DNA from: Candidatus Hermodarchaeota archaeon | Lineage (GTDB): Archaea; Asgardarchaeota; Heimdallarchaeia; Hodarchaeales; Hodarchaeaceae | Direction of reading: 5' to 3' | Length of the DNA: 32,000 nucleotides | NCBI GenBank assembly: GCA_048886185.1 | Contig: JBHLKY010000026.1 | Location: 1 to 32,000, forward strand | Shown: piece by piece, positions 27,369 through 32,000 of the stretch | Layout of the letters: each line of letters opens with the position of its first letter | Position numbering within the stretch: the stretch's first letter is position 1 | Program-made: the position numbers and the translations under genes | Notes under the pieces: model-generated | What the model was told of the DNA's origin: nothing | The model's database searches: none | The model's input: the letters and a program-made list of their open reading frames with translations, nothing else

Positions 27369-29711
27369 TCAGAGTAGTTGGATATTCTTTCCATCAAATG
27401 AGATCATGCCACGAATAGATAACATTCTAAGAACTGGGACGATTTCATTTTCATTTCGATTAAGTAAAAGACATAGTCTATCAGTGGTCATATTTGGATT
27501 AAACTTCAAAATTGAAATTATAGCTTCAATAGCTTCTGATGACTCAGAAACACGATCAGCAGACCCTGATCGGGTACTACTTTCACTAGTACTAAGATGA
27601 CTAAAGATGGTTTGAAAAATGATTATTCTATTAAGGCATTCCTCAAACACAAAAGTTAATGCTTCATTTCTAGATATTGTATGGGATCCAAGAGTTAAAT
27701 CTCCCGCAGAAGCAAATTCAATTAGCTTTTTAGTAGCTAAAAGTGCTTGGTTTGACATAAAGTCAATATAAAACAGTCCTCCATGTTCTGTTAATGATTC
27801 CGCAAGATCTAACGTCTTTGTTGCTGTTCGTTGTAAAGATAGCTCTTCATCTCGAAGAATAAATGCATAACGAATATTTCCTTTAACAAGTTTTTTTAGG
27901 CGTCGAAGACTTTGAAAAACTGTTGCTGAATGCTCGGAATTGTTGATCTCGATACCTACGGACGTTGGACCTCTAGGAGTTTGATATGTAAAGACTAAAT
28001 CTAGCCCTTTAGTATCTCTTTCAATTAGCTGACGGTCTATCCTGACATTAAGAATCGTCAATCCATATAAAGGTCTTTGACGTTCAATAGAAGCATTGAG
28101 GATTTCATAAAGAACCCCTTTTAGAAAATCACGTCGCACTGGATGTGGGAATGCAAAAATCTCCTGCTCAAATTCTCGTGCATATTGAGCCCATTTTCTC
28201 TCTAAAAACCCAATGACTTCACTCGAAGTAGATATTGGGGGGGATATTGTGCTAGATTCTAATGATTCCAAAAGATCTGTTACTGAAGGAGTCATTGAGG
28301 GAGCCGGAGTCATTGGCAGAGGGTAAGGTATTGACTCAGGTACTGGTTTATTAATATCAGGAAATAATTCTTCCAGTGCATCCATTTCTTCTGGTTTCAA
28401 ATCAATTATTGCTTTGGTACTTTCTTCGGAAAGCTCAGCTGAGGCAAGAACTTTGTCTGGAGTCATTGGGGGGACTCCTGCTACAGCAACAGCTGTTTTC
28501 TTGTCTTCTTCGTGAATTTCTGCCTCAGATAGCTTATAAATTCGTCCTCGATCTTTAAATTCATTCAATCTATCACGTAAATGTCGAAGAAATAGACGAG
28601 GATTTCCATTCGCATTTCTATTTGCTATTGCGATGTAATTTTCTGAGAACGGATAAGTTGGAAATGGGGGAGAGACACCTGAGTCACGAAAGACTGTCTC
28701 AAGTCTAGCTTTTGCTAATAACACAGCATTTTCAGAAGTTAATCGTTCTAGAGATGTAATATAATCGATTCGTTGGCGTGAATATTCTGGAACTTCGTTT
28801 TGAATAGATTCGTTCCAAACTACAGATTGCACCATCGCTAACACAAGAAGGTGGGTACATTGATTATATAAGTTGGTTAAAGAATCAAAGAGAAGTTGAA
28901 TCCCATTGTCTCGTTTGAAACGAATATAAATTGATTCTAATTGGTCGAAGCTTAGTAAAATTGGTTTTTGGGCAAGAGCGGAGATAGTTTGAAGGATAGA
29001 GAGGGCCCGATTTTCAGTACTAATAGAACTTGGGACATCTAACAATGCGAGATCGGTTTCTGATATTTCAATACCTGAAAGCCATTTAAAAGCTGTAGGC
29101 CGTATGTCAGGGTTCAGAGTGTGGAATAAAACTTCAAGAAACTGTATATCTATATCAGGATGGACACTAGCAAGATAATCAATGGCCAGTTTTCTCAAGT
29201 CGGAAGAATAAAATCTTTCAAGTTCAAAAGTGAAAATTTTCACAGGATCATGAATAAAAGAATTAAGTAGATCATTTGCTGCTGGATTATTTGAAAGACC
29301 ATCACTTAAGGCTCGTAAAACAATTTCGCCAATAAATCGTTCTAAGGGACTATAATTCTCCTCAATCCCCTTTTTACGTAGACTAATCATTATTTCTTGG
29401 AGAATATGGCCATAAATTCTTTGTAAATCTCCTAAAGGGCGGATACTAACGAATAAATAATCCCATTCTTCTGCAATTCGTCTTAAACGTGATAGAACAT
29501 GTGTTTTTCCAACTCCAGCATCTCCCAAGATCATGCACATCCCAGATCGCCCAGTAGATCTCACCTCATCCAACGTTTCAAGTACAACGCGACTGGCTTT
29601 TCTGTTTATCTCTGGGACATCAATCACTTCTGCTTGCCAAGGATCTCCTACTGAAGTGGATCGAAATGGATTTACTTTCCCTAAGATAAGCGCATCATAT
29701 ATCTCGGCCAA
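27369..29711 (-). CDS. large P-loop AAA+ ATPase with Pro-rich linker, nuclease-like domain and C-terminal wHTH
   Basis: Walker A GDAGVGKT, Walker B LLSFDQLE, GNPR lid motif, P/S/T/E-rich linker, DLVF..GIEIN segment and a C-terminal HTH-wing pattern. TTG start with GAGGG 7 nt upstream. Confidence 0.8.
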   Translation of the reverse strand: MAEIYDALILGKVNPFRSTSVGDPWQAEVIDVPEINRKASRVVLETLDEVRSTGRSGMCMILGDAGVGKTHVLSRLRRIAEEWDYLFVSIRPLGDLQRIYGHILQEIMISLRKKGIEENYSPLERFIGEIVLRALSDGLSNNPAANDLLNSFIHDPVKIFTFELERFYSSDLRKLAIDYLASVHPDIDIQFLEVLFHTLNPDIRPTAFKWLSGIEISETDLALLDVPSSISTENRALSILQTISALAQKPILLSFDQLESIYIRFKRDNGIQLLFDSLTNLYNQCTHLLVLAMVQSVVWNESIQNEVPEYSRQRIDYITSLERLTSENAVLLAKARLETVFRDSGVSPPFPTYPFSENYIAIANRNANGNPRLFLRHLRDRLNEFKDRGRIYKLSEAEIHEEDKKTAVAVAGVPPMTPDKVLASAELSEESTKAIIDLKPEEMDALEELFPDINKPVPESIPYPLPMTPAPSMTPSVTDLLESLESSTISPPISTSSEVIGFLERKWAQYAREFEQEIFAFPHPVRRDFLKGVLYEILNASIERQRPLYGLTILNVRIDRQLIERDTKGLDLVFTYQTPRGPTSVGIEINNSEHSATVFQSLRRLKKLVKGNIRYAFILRDEELSLQRTATKTLDLAESLTEHGGLFYIDFMSNQALLATKKLIEFASAGDLTLGSHTISRNEALTFVFEECLNRIIIFQTIFSHLSTSESSTRSGSADRVSESSEAIEAIISILKFNPNMTTDRLCLLLNRNENEIVPVLRMLSIRGMISFDGKNIQLL
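28288..28468 (-). repeat. three copies of GGAGTCATTG (encoding M-T-P) in the ATPase linker
   Basis: Exact 10-mers at 28288-28297, 28306-28315 and 28459-28468. Confidence 0.6.
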
Positions 29712-29855
29712 GTTATAGCCCTCAGTAAAATTACTATTTGTAGACTTGAATTCAAACTATCTTGATGTATCTTGTTCTTTTCGCTTTATTAAGTACACAT
29801 ATTAGTAAAACAATATCTACACAATATTTCTCTAAAGTCATTTTTGTTTTAATTG

Positions 29856-30935
29856 TCACATTAATCCATCAATTGTATCTAAATATGTTTTTAATTCCTT
29901 TAATGTTCGATCTCCCATATGGGCTATTCGAAAATTCTTTTCCTTAAATTCCCCATACCCTGTAGCAAATAAGTAGCCTTTTTTCTTAAGATCTGCTTTA
30001 AGCTGAACCACATTTACGCCGAAGCTATTCACACAAGTCACTGTGTTTGATGCTACGGCCTTATCGGCAAATAATGTAAGTCCTTTATCCTTCACCCACT
30101 TACGGGTATAATTTCCCATTTCTGTATGTCTAGCCCAGCGATTCTCAATTCCTTCTTCATCAATTATTTTATGAAGTTGATATTGTAAGGCATAATAAAT
30201 GGGAATAACAGGTGTTGCAGGCTGCATCCCTTTTCGATCATGATACTTCTTAAGAGTGAGAAAATCAAAGTACCACCCCCGATTGGGGACAGTTTTGGCC
30301 ATATTCATCGCTTCATCCGATATTGATGCAACAGCTAAACCAGGAGGCAGTGCCATACATTTTTGTAATCCAAAAAGGTAAATATCAATCTCCCAGTCAT
30401 CTACTCGTGTTTCAACACCTCCCGCGGATGAAACTGCGTCCACAAACAACATACAACCATGGTTTTTAATGATTTTGTACAGATCCTTAATGGGAGTTGT
30501 AACGCCTGTAGATGTTTCATTTTGTGTTATGCAAACGGCATCATACTCCTTTTCATCTAATTTTTCTTGTAATTGTTGAGGTGATACTGCTTTCCCCCAA
30601 TCTATCTTTATAGTGTCAGCTGTTTTTCCATTCATGGTAGCAATTTCATACCAACGTTCAGCAAAAGCTCCGTTGATGACATTAAGTACACCTTTCTTGT
30701 GCACACAATTTCGAATTGCAGCTTCCATTAATCCTGTGGAAGATGATGTAGACAAAATAATCTGATTGTTTGTAAATAACATTTTTTGTAAGTAGGAAGC
30801 AATATCTTGATGTAATTCTCCCATTGTCTCACTACGATGAGCTATCATTGGCAAAGCCAATTTTTCCCTGCAATCCTTCGAAACGTTAACAGGTCCAGGT
30901 ATAAATAGATCTAAAAAGTCATTTTCATCGATCAT
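29856..30935 (-). CDS. class V PLP aminotransferase (alanine-glyoxylate/serine-pyruvate family)
   Basis: FIPGPV, SSSTGLMEAA, NETSTGV, VDAVSS, GLQKCMALPPGL (PLP Lys) and FRIAHMG motifs. Confidence 0.93.
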   Translation of the reverse strand: MIDENDFLDLFIPGPVNVSKDCREKLALPMIAHRSETMGELHQDIASYLQKMLFTNNQIILSTSSSTGLMEAAIRNCVHKKGVLNVINGAFAERWYEIATMNGKTADTIKIDWGKAVSPQQLQEKLDEKEYDAVCITQNETSTGVTTPIKDLYKIIKNHGCMLFVDAVSSAGGVETRVDDWEIDIYLFGLQKCMALPPGLAVASISDEAMNMAKTVPNRGWYFDFLTLKKYHDRKGMQPATPVIPIYYALQYQLHKIIDEEGIENRWARHTEMGNYTRKWVKDKGLTLFADKAVASNTVTCVNSFGVNVVQLKADLKKKGYLFATGYGEFKEKNFRIAHMGDRTLKELKTYLDTIDGLM

Positions 30936-31225
30936 AATAGAAGTCTCCTTATAAAACTACCATGAAAGATAGAGCTTTCTCGGAGAATAAAGTTTTGGGT
31001 AATGAACTCTGTAGAGATATTCTTTTTAAATAATTCAATAAATGATCATTACACCTCTGTGATCATGGTTACTGTTCTTCTGGATTATTCATACAAAGAA
31101 TATGGTGTGATTGGCATTTAACTTCAGCTAATAAACAAATCGATAGTTTTCCCATTTTTTCTTGTTGACGTAAAAATAAGGTTTTATAGCTGTAGGATGA
31201 TTGATTTCAATGCGGTTGTAGCATC

Positions 31226-32000
31226 ATGATTTCCTTGAAATACCAGAAATTCCTCTTAATCAGTCTAATATGTATTATCCTAATTCTACCCATCAGTTAT
31301 GTTGCCAATATAACTTCAAACACAGTAGCTATAAAAGATTTAAAGATACCTCCACAGAATATTAATCAAGAATCTGCAATGGTTAACCTACTCTTCTCAT
31401 TTAATCCATCTGAACGAGAAACTATCACACAGGTTATAAATCAACTCAATCCTTCCTATATACACCTTTATCGTAATTTTGACGTAGGTTTTGTGACTAT
31501 TCAAGAGAAAACTTTGCCAATAATCCAGAAGAATTATCCACAAATTTACTCGCGCCTCCATAGATCCCAAAAAATACAGGTGATTCCCTCAATCGAACAT
31601 TTTAGACCATTGATGGCAGTGGAAAGTCTCCAATCAAGTTATATTTCCCCTGCTGAAATCATAGGTGCTCATGGATTGTGGAACAAAGGAATCGATGGTT
31701 CAACTGCTAAGATAGCGATTATTGATTCTGGAATTGACGGAAGTCCTCCTCATGGGGATTTTAATGGTAGAATTGTTTATGAGGAGTCATTTGTTAAAGC
31801 TAAATATGGATATGGGGCTGGTTCAGAGGAAGACGAACGAGATTACCATGGACATGGTACACACGTTGCTGGAATTGCTGCTGGGGCTGGTAAGGATTAT
31901 AGAGGAATCGCTTATAATGCGAATTTGGTAAACCTAAAGGCAGCTGATATGTCGGGCCACTCCACTCAGGAATCAATGCTTGCAGCAATTGATGAAGCTA
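31226..32000 (+). CDS. secreted subtilisin-like S8 protease (3'-truncated by window)
   Basis: Missing from the ORF track because it has no stop in the window. ATG 31226 begins MISLKYQKFLLISLICIILILPSVML (signal peptide), then a pro-region, KIAIIDSGID (catalytic Asp) and HGHGTHVAGIAAG (catalytic His). The frame is open to the window end. Confidence 0.92.
   Translation, partial: MISLKYQKFLLISLICIILILPISYVANITSNTVAIKDLKIPPQNINQESAMVNLLFSFNPSERETITQVINQLNPSYIHLYRNFDVGFVTIQEKTLPIIQKNYPQIYSRLHRSQKIQVIPSIEHFRPLMAVESLQSSYISPAEIIGAHGLWNKGIDGSTAKIAIIDSGIDGSPPHGDFNGRIVYEESFVKAKYGYGAGSEEDERDYHGHGTHVAGIAAGAGKDYRGIAYNANLVNLKAADMSGHSTQESMLAAIDEA

Noticed and set aside
29762-29947. 61-aa plus-strand ORF between the ATPase and the aminotransferase
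   Set aside because: Half overlaps the aminotransferase 3' end antisense; AT-rich, low-complexity, with no RBS.
448-31988. About 25 short ORFs (60-116 aa) in the track overlapping longer genes, e.g. 448-636, 813-1004, 2531-2752, 3222-3413, 5531-5803, 12705-12971, 14053-14397, 18865-19215, 27406-27600, 31722-31931, 31800-31988
   Set aside because: They are antisense or off-frame shadows of well-supported genes, with no motifs or RBS support.
1-32000. tRNA/rRNA genes, CRISPR arrays, transposases, integrases, prophage genes
   Set aside because: By eye I found no cloverleaf motifs, regularly spaced repeats, terminal inverted repeats or recombinase motifs. A tRNAscan/Infernal run would be needed to exclude small RNAs.

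Overview
AT-rich, gene-dense archaeal chromosomal segment. A Rab-like small GTPase, a probable longin-fold protein, an archaeal-type thiolase/DUF35 pair, and Shine-Dalgarno plus TATA-like signals point to an Asgard archaeon, probably Heimdallarchaeia. That assignment is inference, since no marker gene is present. About 28 protein genes were found, two of them cut by the window edges (an N6-adenine DNA methyltransferase at the left, a secreted S8 protease at the right). I saw no rRNA, tRNA, CRISPR array or mobile element. Most genes act on nitrogen compounds or nucleosides. The best candidate for an undescribed system is at 3.7-10 kb: a tightly coupled operon of a GNAT-fold protein, a thiolase-fold protein whose catalytic Cys is replaced by Pro, a DUF35 Zn-ribbon/OB protein and a uridine phosphorylase. 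It is transcribed divergently from a CodA-type deaminase carrying Cys at the specificity position (E. coli Asp314), and an orphan PhnN lies nearby. This could be a salvage or catabolic route for modified pyrimidines. Other points: an epoxide-hydrolase gene with no canonical start (ATT behind a perfect SD), two convergent glutamine synthetase paralogs, a tandem pair of degenerate Mrr-like proteins under purifying selection, a 780-aa AAA+/linker/nuclease-like/wHTH protein, a Vps62-like domain interrupted by TM helices, and a GTAC-based operator flanking a TATA box. All family calls come from motif recognition by eye; no database searches were run.
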